Assembly: GCA_034189385.1 (NCBI GenBank)
Contig: JAXHVD010000012.1
Span: forward strand, 64,001-128,000
DNA from: Thermodesulfobacteriota bacterium
GTDB lineage: Bacteria; Desulfobacterota; Desulfobacteria; Desulfobacterales; C00003060
Direction: 5' to 3'
Length of the DNA stretch: 64,000 nucleotides
How positions within the stretch are numbered: position 1 is the first letter of the stretch; each line of letters starts with the position of its first letter. Of this stretch, positions 51,049 through 60,514 are shown one piece after another. The notes below the pieces were generated by a model, which saw only the letters and a list, made by a program, of their open reading frames with translations, had not been told where the DNA came from and did no database searches. Made by a program: the position numbers and the translations under genes.

Positions 51049-51972
51049 ATGTTGAAAAGATCCGGCATAGCCACCATCGTAGTCACACATAGCCGCAAGG
51101 AGTTGTTAGGCAAGTGCATGGCGGCCCTTTTGAACCAGACTCACCCCTGTGACATAATCGTCGTGGATAATGCCTCGACAGACGGCACAGGGGCCTACCT
51201 TCACGACAAAGGTTTCGTCCCTCATGACCGGATACACTATGTTCGTCTCGACGAAAATCTGGGCGGTGCCGGTGGATTTTATCACGGCGTCAAGTATGCC
51301 ATGTCCTATGATTGGAACTGGTTCTGGCTCATGGACGATGATGCGCTCCCGCATCCCTCGGCATTAGAAAACCTTGTTCTCCACGCTAAGGACTCTCATA
51401 CGGTATACGGTTCTGTTGCCATGGGCATGAAGAACGGCACGAAAAGATTATGCTGGACGAAAAAGGTAATTGATAACGGTAGGCTCAAATCCATTAATGA
51501 TTATGAAGGGCTGCACGATGTTCAAGAGGTACAAAATGTTGCCTTTCTCGGTTTCTTTATTCATCGTGATTTGGTTCAGCTAATCGGCCTCCCTGATCCA
51601 ACTTATTTCATCTGCAGAGATGATTACGAATACTGTGAGAGGGCAAAAAAGAGTGGGGCAAAATTCATTTTGGTGAAAAAGAGCGTCATTAGTCATCCTG
51701 TTAAAGGAATCTCCCGATTTCGTTTTCTAGGCATGGACATTTGGTACCGAAACATGCCCCCATGGAAAACCTATTACGATATTCGCAATAGGATCCTTCT
51801 TGTAAAAGCCCACGATCCGACCTTGTTGTGGCGGAGAACCATCCCTGGCATGCTGCTGCAATCCCTTTGCAATGTCTTCACAGAGAAAGACAGACCGTTC
51901 TTATTGTATGCTTATGCTATAGGCATTCTGGATGGACTTCGAAACAGGAGGGGCCAGAGATTTCTGCCCTAA
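51049..51972 (+). CDS. GT2, GlfT1-like
   Basis: VVT..R, VDNASTD, NLGGAGGF, WLMDDD, DDYEY, YYDIRN. Confidence 0.85.
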   Translation: MLKRSGIATIVVTHSRKELLGKCMAALLNQTHPCDIIVVDNASTDGTGAYLHDKGFVPHDRIHYVRLDENLGGAGGFYHGVKYAMSYDWNWFWLMDDDALPHPSALENLVLHAKDSHTVYGSVAMGMKNGTKRLCWTKKVIDNGRLKSINDYEGLHDVQEVQNVAFLGFFIHRDLVQLIGLPDPTYFICRDDYEYCERAKKSGAKFILVKKSVISHPVKGISRFRFLGMDIWYRNMPPWKTYYDIRNRILLVKAHDPTLLWRRTIPGMLLQSLCNVFTEKDRPFLLYAYAIGILDGLRNRRGQRFLP

Positions 51973-51976
51973 CAAA

Positions 51977-53191
51977 ATGAACGCCGTCATGCCTGTTATC
52001 GAATACCTTTACTATATTACAATACCTGTGCGAATGCGGCTCTGGTATGCGGCCGCGCGAATTTGTTGGCGCATTTTTGATATTCGCAGGCGCAACATAA
52101 CCAACCCTGCAAAGGATGGTACCCGACGTCTCCTATTCGTTGCCAAGTACCCTTTATCCCTCTTTTTCGTATGTCACCAGCTTGAATTGCTGAAAGACGA
52201 TCCAAATCTCACATTCTACATCACCTCGCCAAGGAAGACACGGAACATGTGCCGCCGCGAGATTGATAGAGTGGGTGTTGAGGTGCGTTACCTTAATCTG
52301 TGGGATGCGATTACGTCCGACTGGGACTTGATCAGTTTTCCTCATCATTGTCTTGGAGCACTGTTTCACCCATCCATCCCCAAGCTGTTCACGGCCCATG
52401 GTCTTGAGAATGGCAAGAAGATTCTAAGAGACACTGCTTATACCTATAGCTGGAAGGCCATATTAAAGGATCACCAAAGCTACTACACAAGATTTCTTGC
52501 AACCAGCCCGAATGAATTTGACATTGCAAGTTCTGACAAGCACGGCAGGGCATTTACGAACAAAATCACCGTAACCAGCCAAGCCCTGGCGCTAAAACTC
52601 CTTGAAGAAAATCGACACAGAGAAGAACTCCGATCAGATTTGGGGCTTCAGGCGAATGAGCGCAAAGCCGTACTCATCATGTCCACGTGGGGATCAGACT
52701 CCCTTCTGCGCACCATGGGACCGACCATTGCCGATGAAGCCTTAAGGCTGAACAACAAATACCGCTTTTTCGTCTTCGCCCACGCTCACAATTTCCAGCA
52801 CAAGAAAGCGTTGACTATCCTGAATGCAATAAAGGCTAAAGGGATGGAAGTCATAGCGCCTGGTCCGTCATCTTGGATCCCTTACGCTGTGGCGGCTGAT
52901 GTTGCTATTAGCGATAAAACATCACTGTCACTCTATTTCTCTCTCCTACACAAGCCAATAATCTTCACTGAGATTAGAGAGGCCGAATTCGTCGAGGGGA
53001 GTCCTTTCATGAAATTGTACAATGGGTCACCAAAACTTGCACACCTTGATCATTTGGAGAGCCAGATTGAGACATGTCTCCAATCGGATTATTCCAGTCG
53101 AGTAAAGGCCTTTGCCGAGAAGACATTTCCGAGAATCACCCAAAAGGATCACCTGAAATCAGCCATATATGGATGTATCAAACATAGATAA
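51977..53191 (+). CDS. CDP-glycerol glycerophosphotransferase (TagF)-like protein
   Basis: HGL, STWG..SLL, HAH, ADVAISDKTSL...KPII. Confidence 0.6.
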   Translation: MNAVMPVIEYLYYITIPVRMRLWYAAARICWRIFDIRRRNITNPAKDGTRRLLFVAKYPLSLFFVCHQLELLKDDPNLTFYITSPRKTRNMCRREIDRVGVEVRYLNLWDAITSDWDLISFPHHCLGALFHPSIPKLFTAHGLENGKKILRDTAYTYSWKAILKDHQSYYTRFLATSPNEFDIASSDKHGRAFTNKITVTSQALALKLLEENRHREELRSDLGLQANERKAVLIMSTWGSDSLLRTMGPTIADEALRLNNKYRFFVFAHAHNFQHKKALTILNAIKAKGMEVIAPGPSSWIPYAVAADVAISDKTSLSLYFSLLHKPIIFTEIREAEFVEGSPFMKLYNGSPKLAHLDHLESQIETCLQSDYSSRVKAFAEKTFPRITQKDHLKSAIYGCIKHR

Positions 53192-53264
53192 CCAGGCCAT
53201 TTGTCGGACATACGGGCAGAGCTTTGCATAACTCTTTCGAACGGTCATTGTGAGCTATTTGGGG

Positions 53265-53365
53265 CACCCATTCGGCTGCTGTGAGCGGCCCACGCTAGTG
53301 GGTAAATCGTGAACTGTTTGAGGCCCTTGGGCCGAGTATGAGCGCAAGCTTCACTTCGTGTCGCG
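53265..53365 (+). repeat. structured repeat copy related to 56366-56560
   Basis: ACTGTTTGAG-hairpin-CGAGTaTGAGCGCAAGCTTCACTTCgTGTCG shared with 56418-56464. Confidence 0.6.
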
Positions 53366-53477
53366 ATTTGGCGAACAAGGCCGAAAAAGGGTCAAATAGA
53401 TCACAGAATCAAGTGAGAAGAGGTTCTGCAAAGGTCTCACGGGTAGGGTCAAGGGTCTTATCTGTTTTTGGAAAGAG

Positions 53478-54371
53478 TCAATCATCAACACAGGCATATG
53501 CTGACCTGTTTGACTTTGCGACGATGAATCCCACAAGTTGAGTCACAAAGCTTGTTCCCAGCAAGAGAAATATCAAGGGAAATCTCTTGTCCGAAAAGTA
53601 GTGCTTGATAATGTTGACCGTGGACCATATTCTAAGACTAAGAAATCCCTTTTTGTCAGAGATTTTAGTTGAAAAAATGAAACTGCTTATCCCCCTATGA
53701 AATTGCCACGTCAGAAAATCTCTCAAGGAATCTCGAGCCTCATGATAGGCAACGACGTCAGGACAGTATTTTATCCTATAACCCAACCGCCTCATTCCAT
53801 AGGCCAGCAAACTGTCCTCACCCCCTGGGAAAGGGAACGTCTCATCAAAGCCTCCAACCCTCCAAAAAATGTCTCTTCTAACGGCGCAATTACAGGAACT
53901 CAAACTGTCAGTAAAACCTTCCCGATCCACCTTCCAGATCTTATCGAAACCAATGGCCCCACCTGCCGGAAACCCCAGGGCAGATATGGAATTTCCCATA
54001 CAGGTTGAAGGAAGGAGCACAACTCTCCCCATGATGGCCTCTGTCTCTTCGTGATGGAAGTGCTTCTCAATCGTTTCAAGCCACCCGGGCGTTGCTCTGC
54101 AATCACTGTCTGTAAATACTAGTATCTCCCCTTGCGCCTTTTGAGCACCCAAATTACGGCAATAGGCAGGACCGTGGTTCTCTTTCAACGCGATAAGCCG
54201 GCAACTGTATTTTTCTATAATCGATACTGTATTGTCTCTTGAGCAGTCATCCACAACGATGACCTCGAAGTCGCTGCAATTCTGATTCAGTAGCGAATCC
54301 AATAGGGCGGGGAGGGTCTTTTCTGCATTGTAGGCAGGGACAACAACAGACAGCTTCAAACTCATCTTCAC
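53478..54371 (-). CDS. glycosyltransferase family 2
   Basis: VVPAYN, VDDCSRD, GPAYCRN, FTDSD, GGED. Confidence 0.92.
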   Translation of the reverse strand: MKMSLKLSVVVPAYNAEKTLPALLDSLLNQNCSDFEVIVVDDCSRDNTVSIIEKYSCRLIALKENHGPAYCRNLGAQKAQGEILVFTDSDCRATPGWLETIEKHFHHEETEAIMGRVVLLPSTCMGNSISALGFPAGGAIGFDKIWKVDREGFTDSLSSCNCAVRRDIFWRVGGFDETFPFPGGEDSLLAYGMRRLGYRIKYCPDVVAYHEARDSLRDFLTWQFHRGISSFIFSTKISDKKGFLSLRIWSTVNIIKHYFSDKRFPLIFLLLGTSFVTQLVGFIVAKSNRSAYACVDD

Positions 54372-54391
54372 CCTTCGACTACAACAAGTGC

Positions 54392-55270
54392 TTATTGGAT
54401 GAATCTATCACCTTCACTCTTCTCAAATCTCATTTGAGAAATCTGCTCAGAGATCAATCCCATCATGAAGACCAGCACAGAGGTGGTAAACAACAGGAGG
54501 CTCATATTCGTAAAACGGCCCTGCGAAAAAAAGGTATAGAGGTAATAACCCAAACCTAGACAAAACATGGCGAAGCTAACAGGGAGGAAGATCCTGAACG
54601 GCGAATAGAGCGTGCATATCCTAGTAATGATCAGAAAGAACCTTATGCCATCTGGCAAGATCCTTATTTTGCTTTTTCCCTTCTTTCTGTTCTCAGTCTC
54701 GATTGGGACATACCTGAGACTTCTCCCACTTCTCAGAACACACAATGTGAGGGTCGTTGGATAGGAATAAGTGTTTGGAAGGAGATGCAAATACTCACGG
54801 GCAATATCGAATTTCACCGCGCGAAAGCCAGAAGTAAGGTCTTGAACCTGGAACTTGGCCACATAGGAAGCCAGCCAGTTGTATATCCTGTTGGCAAAAG
54901 CGCGGCCCCACGATGCCTGGTTGCCCTTTGCCCTGGCGCCCACAACCATGTCATACTCTGGGAAGCCTTTCAGAAGTCTTTCCACATCCCTTGGATCATG
55001 CTGACCATCACCGTCAATGAACACCAGAACCTCACCAGAGGCGAGTCTTATTCCACTCTTGATGGCCGCGCCGTTGCCGATATTGTGTGGGTGGCTGTAA
55101 ACGCTGGCGCCCGCATCCCGCGCCATGGCTGCCGTGTCATCCGTTGAGCCGTCGTCGATAACGAGGACCTCCACATGGGGGTACAGTTCCTTGATCTTCC
55201 TGACAAGGGCCCCTATTGCTTGACCCTCATTATATGCAGGAATTATTATTGAAACTTCAGTTTCGTCCAT
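54392..55270 (-). CDS. polyprenol-phosphate glycosyltransferase (DPM1-like GT2 with two C-terminal TMs)
   Basis: IIPAYNE, DDGSTD, GNGAAIKSG, DGDGQH, DLTSGFRA. Confidence 0.88.
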   Translation of the reverse strand: MDETEVSIIIPAYNEGQAIGALVRKIKELYPHVEVLVIDDGSTDDTAAMARDAGASVYSHPHNIGNGAAIKSGIRLASGEVLVFIDGDGQHDPRDVERLLKGFPEYDMVVGARAKGNQASWGRAFANRIYNWLASYVAKFQVQDLTSGFRAVKFDIAREYLHLLPNTYSYPTTLTLCVLRSGRSLRYVPIETENRKKGKSKIRILPDGIRFFLIITRICTLYSPFRIFLPVSFAMFCLGLGYYLYTFFSQGRFTNMSLLLFTTSVLVFMMGLISEQISQMRFEKSEGDRFIQ

Positions 55271-55693
55271 CCTTCAAACATCCCCTTTTTGCCAACTTCT
55301 CCGCCCGCCAGTTATAGCCTTCTCCCCTGCTAAATCCCACACTCTAACTCAAGAACTTTTCAGGTCCTTCTTCCCAGACAGCTTTGCAGACAGATTGGAA
55401 TATCTTGCAATGCCTGCATATGAGACCTTTGCATCACTCTTGAGAATGTTCATTGTGGGCTTTATGGGGTACCCAACCGGCTGCAGTGAGCGGTCCACCC
55501 TAGCGGATCGAAAATCTCATACCATCAAGTGAAAAGGAGTTGCGCAAAAGTCTATGATTCTGCTTTGATATACTCAAAACACAAAAAAATCAATCCTGAT
55601 CATTCTCAAGTAACCAATCTCGAATGGACCAACCTGGAATCCCTTCTGTCTTGGGCATGCTGAAATGGTTGCGGACACGGCGTCCTGCCTAAA

Positions 55694-55890
55694 CGGGCTG
55701 TTGCCCAAACCAAAATGCTTTCGAACGGTTCATTGAGCAGTTTTTTGCCAATACATCTTGGCGAAGCGGAAGATCAGCGATGTCAACTGGTTGAGCCCGA
55801 AGGGCGAGTTCCGGCATCGCCTGGAGCAAGCCTTAGATGTATCAACAAACGGCTCAGAACTAAGGGAGAAGGCATTTGGGCAACAACCCG
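55694..55890. mobile_element. 197-bp MITE with TIRs and target-site duplication
   Basis: TIRs CGGGCTGTTGCCCAAA / TTTGGGCAACAACCCG (15/16 match), flanked by TAAA on both sides; nested internal hairpins. Confidence 0.85.
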
Positions 55891-56365
55891 TAAAGACATT
55901 ACCCCGCACCGGTTGGTGGGGGCAGCCAAATACCTCTCCGAATCCCCATAACCCCCATAACACATTGGACAACAGCCATATTAAATGGATATCATTATGT
56001 TTTTTTGAAATGTCCCTTCCGGTCCATCTGCCATGACATGGTAAACACCCCTTGCCAGGTTTGGAATCCGAAGAAGACAACGAGCAGTTGTCAGGCCATT
56101 CTAATCTGGGAATCCGGACACCAATCACTTCGCATCTAAAACTTTTTCCATTTGGGTTTTTTTCGGTATTTCAATAGCGTTGTGTTGATTGGCACAGGGC
56201 TCGGCCACCCTGTAACCCCCGGCACGATCCCTCATGCACTGGGACAATCCACAACCACAAGATGTGTGCATGCTTTTTACCTTGACACACCACCCCATTT
56301 TTCCCATACTCGGCCCCCAAAAGCGAGTTCCTATCAATTCAAAGGCTTAGAGTCAATTCTTGCAA

Positions 56366-56560
56366 ACCCATTGTCCCGCAGCCGAGCATCGCAAAATCGG
56401 ACCGATCAGGCGCGCGGACTGTTTGAGCGAAGCGAGTTTGAGCGCAGAGCTTCACTTCATGTCGAGCGCCCAGTCCGTTCGAAAAGCACAGGGTAGTCCA
56501 GAGGACTAAGGGACAGGGGCCCTTTTTTTGGGGTTCGTTCTTTGGGCGAGCAACGTGCTC
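56366..56560 (+). repeat. structured intergenic repeat element
   Basis: GCCGAGCATCGC...ACTGTTTGAGCGAAGCGAGTT...GGGGCCCTTTTTTTGGGGTTCGTTCTTTGGGCGAGCAA; core shared with the 53.3 kb and 55.8 kb copies. Confidence 0.55.
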
Positions 56561-56769
56561 TTCTCAAGGCGCAAGCCGCAAAATGAAGCATCAATATTTG
56601 CCGGATCGGTAGAACCTCTCCGGGTCCTGCACTAGAGGTGGAGGGTGTAGGATATAAGTAAAGAAATCGCGATTTCAAAAGCATTTTTCAGGCAGAGCCT
56701 AATGACCCTGACCTGGCCCAGAGGACCAGGGTTTCTAAGCCGTACGAAAGGAAATCTTTTCCAAAGGCG

Positions 56770-57345
56770 ATGATTCTTAGGAACTGCATGATCTCAAACC
56801 TCAGACTGTCTGGCATCATTGTTGGACTCGTGGGACTAGCAGGGACGTTCTTCATCTACCGGGGTCCTAAATGGAAGAGAGCCAATCTTGTGTTGCTCTC
56901 ATTATTTAGTCTCTCTCTCATCTCTATCAGCATTGATCCCAATCTTGTGAATTTTGCACGGGACATGCTGGCCCTTCAAAAGGCCCAACATGGCAGGATA
57001 CTGGCGCTCCTCATCATCTCCAACGTATGCTTGTTGTTCTATTCTTTTAGTAGCAGATCTAAGTTGGAGACTACTCGAATAAAAATGGACAGGCTGATAA
57101 GCACCTTGGGGACGGCCGTTTTTGGGCAAGAGAACAGGTTGGAAGAAGGGCAGAAGCCTATTATGGTTGTTAGGCCAGCCTACAATGAAGCCGAGAATCT
57201 GCAAGAACTCCTGCCACTCATGGCACCTTAGACCAATGGCACGGACGTTGGTGTTCTCGTTGTTGACGACGCCAGTGAAAATGAAACAAGAGCGATTGTC
57301 CAAGGCAAAGACAAGTACGCGCCCTCAAGGTGTTGTCAAGGATGA
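56770..57345 (+). pseudogene. DUF2304-like membrane domain fused to truncated GT2
   Basis: 3 TM segments, then VVRPAYNEAENL; in-frame TAG 57229, then VLVVDDAS; frame ends TGA ~57345. Confidence 0.7.
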
Positions 57346-57452
57346 GATAGCAGGGAGGGCCGGGGCACCATAACTGGACATCTCGTCAGGTTACATCATC
57401 GGTCTTCTAGGAATCATGCCATACCCTGTAAGCAAAGAGTTAAAGAGCGTCA

Positions 57453-59927
57453 ATGGTTATCGAGAACAACAGGCAGAGCTCTCAGATGAGACGCCGTGAG
57501 GCTTGGCAAGATGACAGAAAAGGGCCTGTAGCTTCTTATAGGCACCATCTGATCAGCATCTTGGTCATATCCCTGCTTTGCGCAGTCATCTATTCCAACA
57601 CCTTGGAGTCACCCTTTGTCTTTGACGATCTTCAACACATCAATCGAAATCCTCACATTCGACTAACCCATCTCGATTTCGGCAAGTTGTACGATGCAGG
57701 ATTCAGGAGCCCAATCTCAAATCGCCCAGTGGCCAACGTCAGTTTCGCCCTCAATTATTACTTCGGGAAATATGACCTTACGGGCTATCACATCTTCAAC
57801 GCGATAGTTCATCTTATCAACGGAATCCTCGTCTACCTCCTTGCACTGAGGATATTCAACGAACTATCCCACATAAAAAGGCAAAATCCCCCAGACTTGG
57901 AATCATGGGCAATGCCTGAATCGCCCAATCTCCCTATTACCCTCATGTCCTTGTTTGCTGCCCTTGTCTTCGTCGCTCATCCCCTCCAGACCCAATCTGT
58001 CACCTACATCGTCCAGAGAATGAACAGCCTGGCAACGATGTTCTGCTTGTTGTCATTACTACTCTACATAAAAGGACGCCTATTGCCCTTGAGATGGAAG
58101 CAATGGGTGCTGTTTACAGCAAGCTTTTTGTCCTGGGGTTTGGCCTTGGGCTCCAAGGAGATAGCAGCCACACTGCCTGTTATGGTCTTTCTTTATGAAT
58201 GGTTTTTCTTTCAAGACCTGAGCGTTAGTTGGATAAGAAAGCGCAGTATCTATATCCTCTTGCCCCTTGTCGCCTTGGTCGTGATGGCGCTTTTCTACTT
58301 GGGACCACACCCCTTTGACAGGGTCACCGCCCCATACGTGCACCGGGATTTCACGCTAGAAGAACGCGTCCTGACCCAACTCCGCGTCGTGGTCTTCTAT
58401 GTCACCCAACTCCTCTATCCCCATCCCTCAAGGCTCAACCTTCTCCATGCTTTTCAGACCTCCCACTCTTTGTTCGATCCCATTACCACACTCCTTTCCC
58501 TTCTCTTGATCGTTTCAGTTATTGGGACCGCAATCTTTGTGGCCAGAAAGCAGCGCCTTATCTCCTTTTGCATACTCTGGTTTTTTGTCAATCTGGTCAT
58601 AGAATCTTCCGTACTTGGATTAGAAATGGTCTTCGAGCACCGTCTTTACCTGCCCATGTTCGGCGTTGCTCTTTTTTTTGCATATTTGTTATTTCATCTA
58701 TTGCATGACAAACGATTGTGGGCAGTGACTGCATCAGTTGTAATCGTCCTATCCCTCGTAACAGCCAGTTATTTGCGGAATAGAGTCTGGCAAGACGATA
58801 GGACCCTTTGGTCTGACGTCTTGTCCAAGAACCCGCAAAGTGCAAGGGCCCACCTCAACCTGGGCGTTGCGTTCATGGCCCAGGACAAAGTGGACGAGGC
58901 CATCAGCCACTACAGGAAGGCACTGAAGATTAAGCCCTACTACGTCAGGACACACAACAACCTGGCAGTCGCCTTAAGGGAAAAGGGAAACCTAGACGAG
59001 GCTATATCACACTACCATATTGCCTTGCGCATCAGGCCAAAATACGTAGACGCCCATAACAACCTGGCCCTTGCGCTAAGGGAAAAAGGTCAACTCGACG
59101 AGGCCATCTCGCACTATCGAAAGGCCCTGCGAATTAGACCGACTCTTGCAGAGGCCCACAACAACCTGGGGATCGCCTTAAGGGAAAAAGGTCAACTCGA
59201 CGAGGCCATCTCGCACTACCGAAAGGCCCTGGCACTGGACCCTGATCTTACAGACGCACACCATCATCTGGCAGTGGCCCTAACCTGCCAGGGGCGGCAA
59301 GAAGAGGCCGTTGCCCATTTTTCTCAAGCCCTCCGCATGATGCCTAACGATCCAGAAACCCACAACATGCTGGGCAATACACTGGCTCAGCAAGGAAGGC
59401 TCAAGGAGGCTGCAGTCCACTTCAAAAAGGCCTTGGAAATCAGAAAGGACTATGCAGAGGCCCACAACAATCTCGCACTCGTCTTAGAAAAAAGCGGTAA
59501 GGCAGACGAGGCTGTCTCCCATTATCAAATCGCCCTCAAGATCGAACCAGACTTTGCAGAAGCCCACAATAATCTCGCACTCATCCTTAGAAAAAGGGGC
59601 AATCTGGCTGATGCTATCTCACACTATGTAAGAGCCCTTGAGATCAAGCCGGGCTCTGCAGACATACACAACAATCTGGGCAACGCACTGGCCATGCAGG
59701 GAAAACTGGACGAAGCTGCAGCCCACTTTGAAAAGGCCCTGGAAATCAGAAAGGACTATGCAGAGGCCCACAACAATCTTGGCATTGCCCTTGCCCGCCA
59801 GGGAAGGATTGGTCAGGCCATAGCCCACTTCTCCGAAGCCCTACGGCTCAAGCCAGATTATGTGGAGGCACAACATAACCTGGAGTTTGCTCGTCAGGAG
59901 CAAGCGGCACGCAAAGGCAGGGATTAG
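57453..59927 (+). CDS. TMTC-like GT-C membrane glycosyltransferase with 10 TPR repeats
   Basis: FVFDD, RP, YH..N..H, HPLQTQSVTYIVQR, SKE, EHRLYLP, RNRVW; ten 34-aa AHNNLG repeats. Confidence 0.88.
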   Translation: MVIENNRQSSQMRRREAWQDDRKGPVASYRHHLISILVISLLCAVIYSNTLESPFVFDDLQHINRNPHIRLTHLDFGKLYDAGFRSPISNRPVANVSFALNYYFGKYDLTGYHIFNAIVHLINGILVYLLALRIFNELSHIKRQNPPDLESWAMPESPNLPITLMSLFAALVFVAHPLQTQSVTYIVQRMNSLATMFCLLSLLLYIKGRLLPLRWKQWVLFTASFLSWGLALGSKEIAATLPVMVFLYEWFFFQDLSVSWIRKRSIYILLPLVALVVMALFYLGPHPFDRVTAPYVHRDFTLEERVLTQLRVVVFYVTQLLYPHPSRLNLLHAFQTSHSLFDPITTLLSLLLIVSVIGTAIFVARKQRLISFCILWFFVNLVIESSVLGLEMVFEHRLYLPMFGVALFFAYLLFHLLHDKRLWAVTASVVIVLSLVTASYLRNRVWQDDRTLWSDVLSKNPQSARAHLNLGVAFMAQDKVDEAISHYRKALKIKPYYVRTHNNLAVALREKGNLDEAISHYHIALRIRPKYVDAHNNLALALREKGQLDEAISHYRKALRIRPTLAEAHNNLGIALREKGQLDEAISHYRKALALDPDLTDAHHHLAVALTCQGRQEEAVAHFSQALRMMPNDPETHNMLGNTLAQQGRLKEAAVHFKKALEIRKDYAEAHNNLALVLEKSGKADEAVSHYQIALKIEPDFAEAHNNLALILRKRGNLADAISHYVRALEIKPGSADIHNNLGNALAMQGKLDEAAAHFEKALEIRKDYAEAHNNLGIALARQGRIGQAIAHFSEALRLKPDYVEAQHNLEFARQEQAARKGRD
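58842..59861 (+). repeat. 102-bp tandem TPR-coding repeats
   Basis: 52/53 identical bases at 59077 vs 59179; GAAATCAGAAAGGACTATGCAGAGGCCCACAACAATCT repeated 306 bp apart. Confidence 0.9.
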
Positions 59928-60042
59928 AAAGTCAACCTTATAAGGTCTTCGAGAGAGGATTAAAATCCTCGACACAGATGGCACAGATAGGTACAGTATA
60001 TCTTTCAGGTTAGGGGCCCAAGAGCCAGAAAGGAGGAAGTCC

Positions 60043-60453
60043 ATGTCTAAGAACTGGGGTCGTCTCGCCCTCATCGTTTGCCTAGCCGTCCAGATCTCTG
60101 GATGCGCCGGAGCTGCACTGGTGGCTGGGGGTGCTGTTGGGGCAGGTGGCATGGTGTATGTGAAAGGGAAACTGCAGGAGCAGCTAAACTCGCCTCTGGC
60201 CAAGGTTCATGAGGCTACGCTTGCAGCACTAAAGGACTTTGAACTTCCCGTTAGGGAAGACAAAAAGGACATGTTCGTAGCCAAGGTTCGGTCACGATTG
60301 GCAAACGGGGACCCTATTTGGATTAAGCTTTCTTCTCTTTCAGAAGAGTCCACTGAGATTACTATACGTGTTGGAATTCTGGGCAATGAGACAAGATCCC
60401 GGAGACTCCTGGGAAAGATACGTGGCCACCTGATCGACGTAGGCGGTCTGTAA
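60043..60453 (+). CDS. DUF3568-like lipoprotein
   Basis: Lipobox ISGC, G/A-rich segment, YVKG.L, T.ITIRVG..G....S. Confidence 0.75.
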   Translation: MSKNWGRLALIVCLAVQISGCAGAALVAGGAVGAGGMVYVKGKLQEQLNSPLAKVHEATLAALKDFELPVREDKKDMFVAKVRSRLANGDPIWIKLSSLSEESTEITIRVGILGNETRSRRLLGKIRGHLIDVGGL

Positions 60454-60514
60454 TACCCGTGGAATCTTTGGAGACGAGAGGCTTTCCCATGTTAGGGTAG
60501 CAAGAGGAGGCTTT

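Noticed and set aside
56188..56240. TGGCAC/GGCACG as extra sigma-54 promoters
   Set aside because: No GC at the required 10-bp spacing
55715..56684. Short ORFs in the 55.3-56.7 kb spacer as transposase or toxin genes
   Set aside because: They overlap the MITE and structured repeats and show no protein motifs
57229..57231. In-frame TAG in the DUF2304-GT2 gene (also TAG 30383 in the wzm relic) as pyrrolysine read-through
   Set aside because: The frame ends about 38 codons later with most of the GT2 domain missing, and the wzm relic also has frameshifts; decay is the simpler explanation
58842..59861. Regular repeats as a CRISPR array
   Set aside because: The period is 102 bp, in frame, and encodes TPRs; no unique spacers or cas genes
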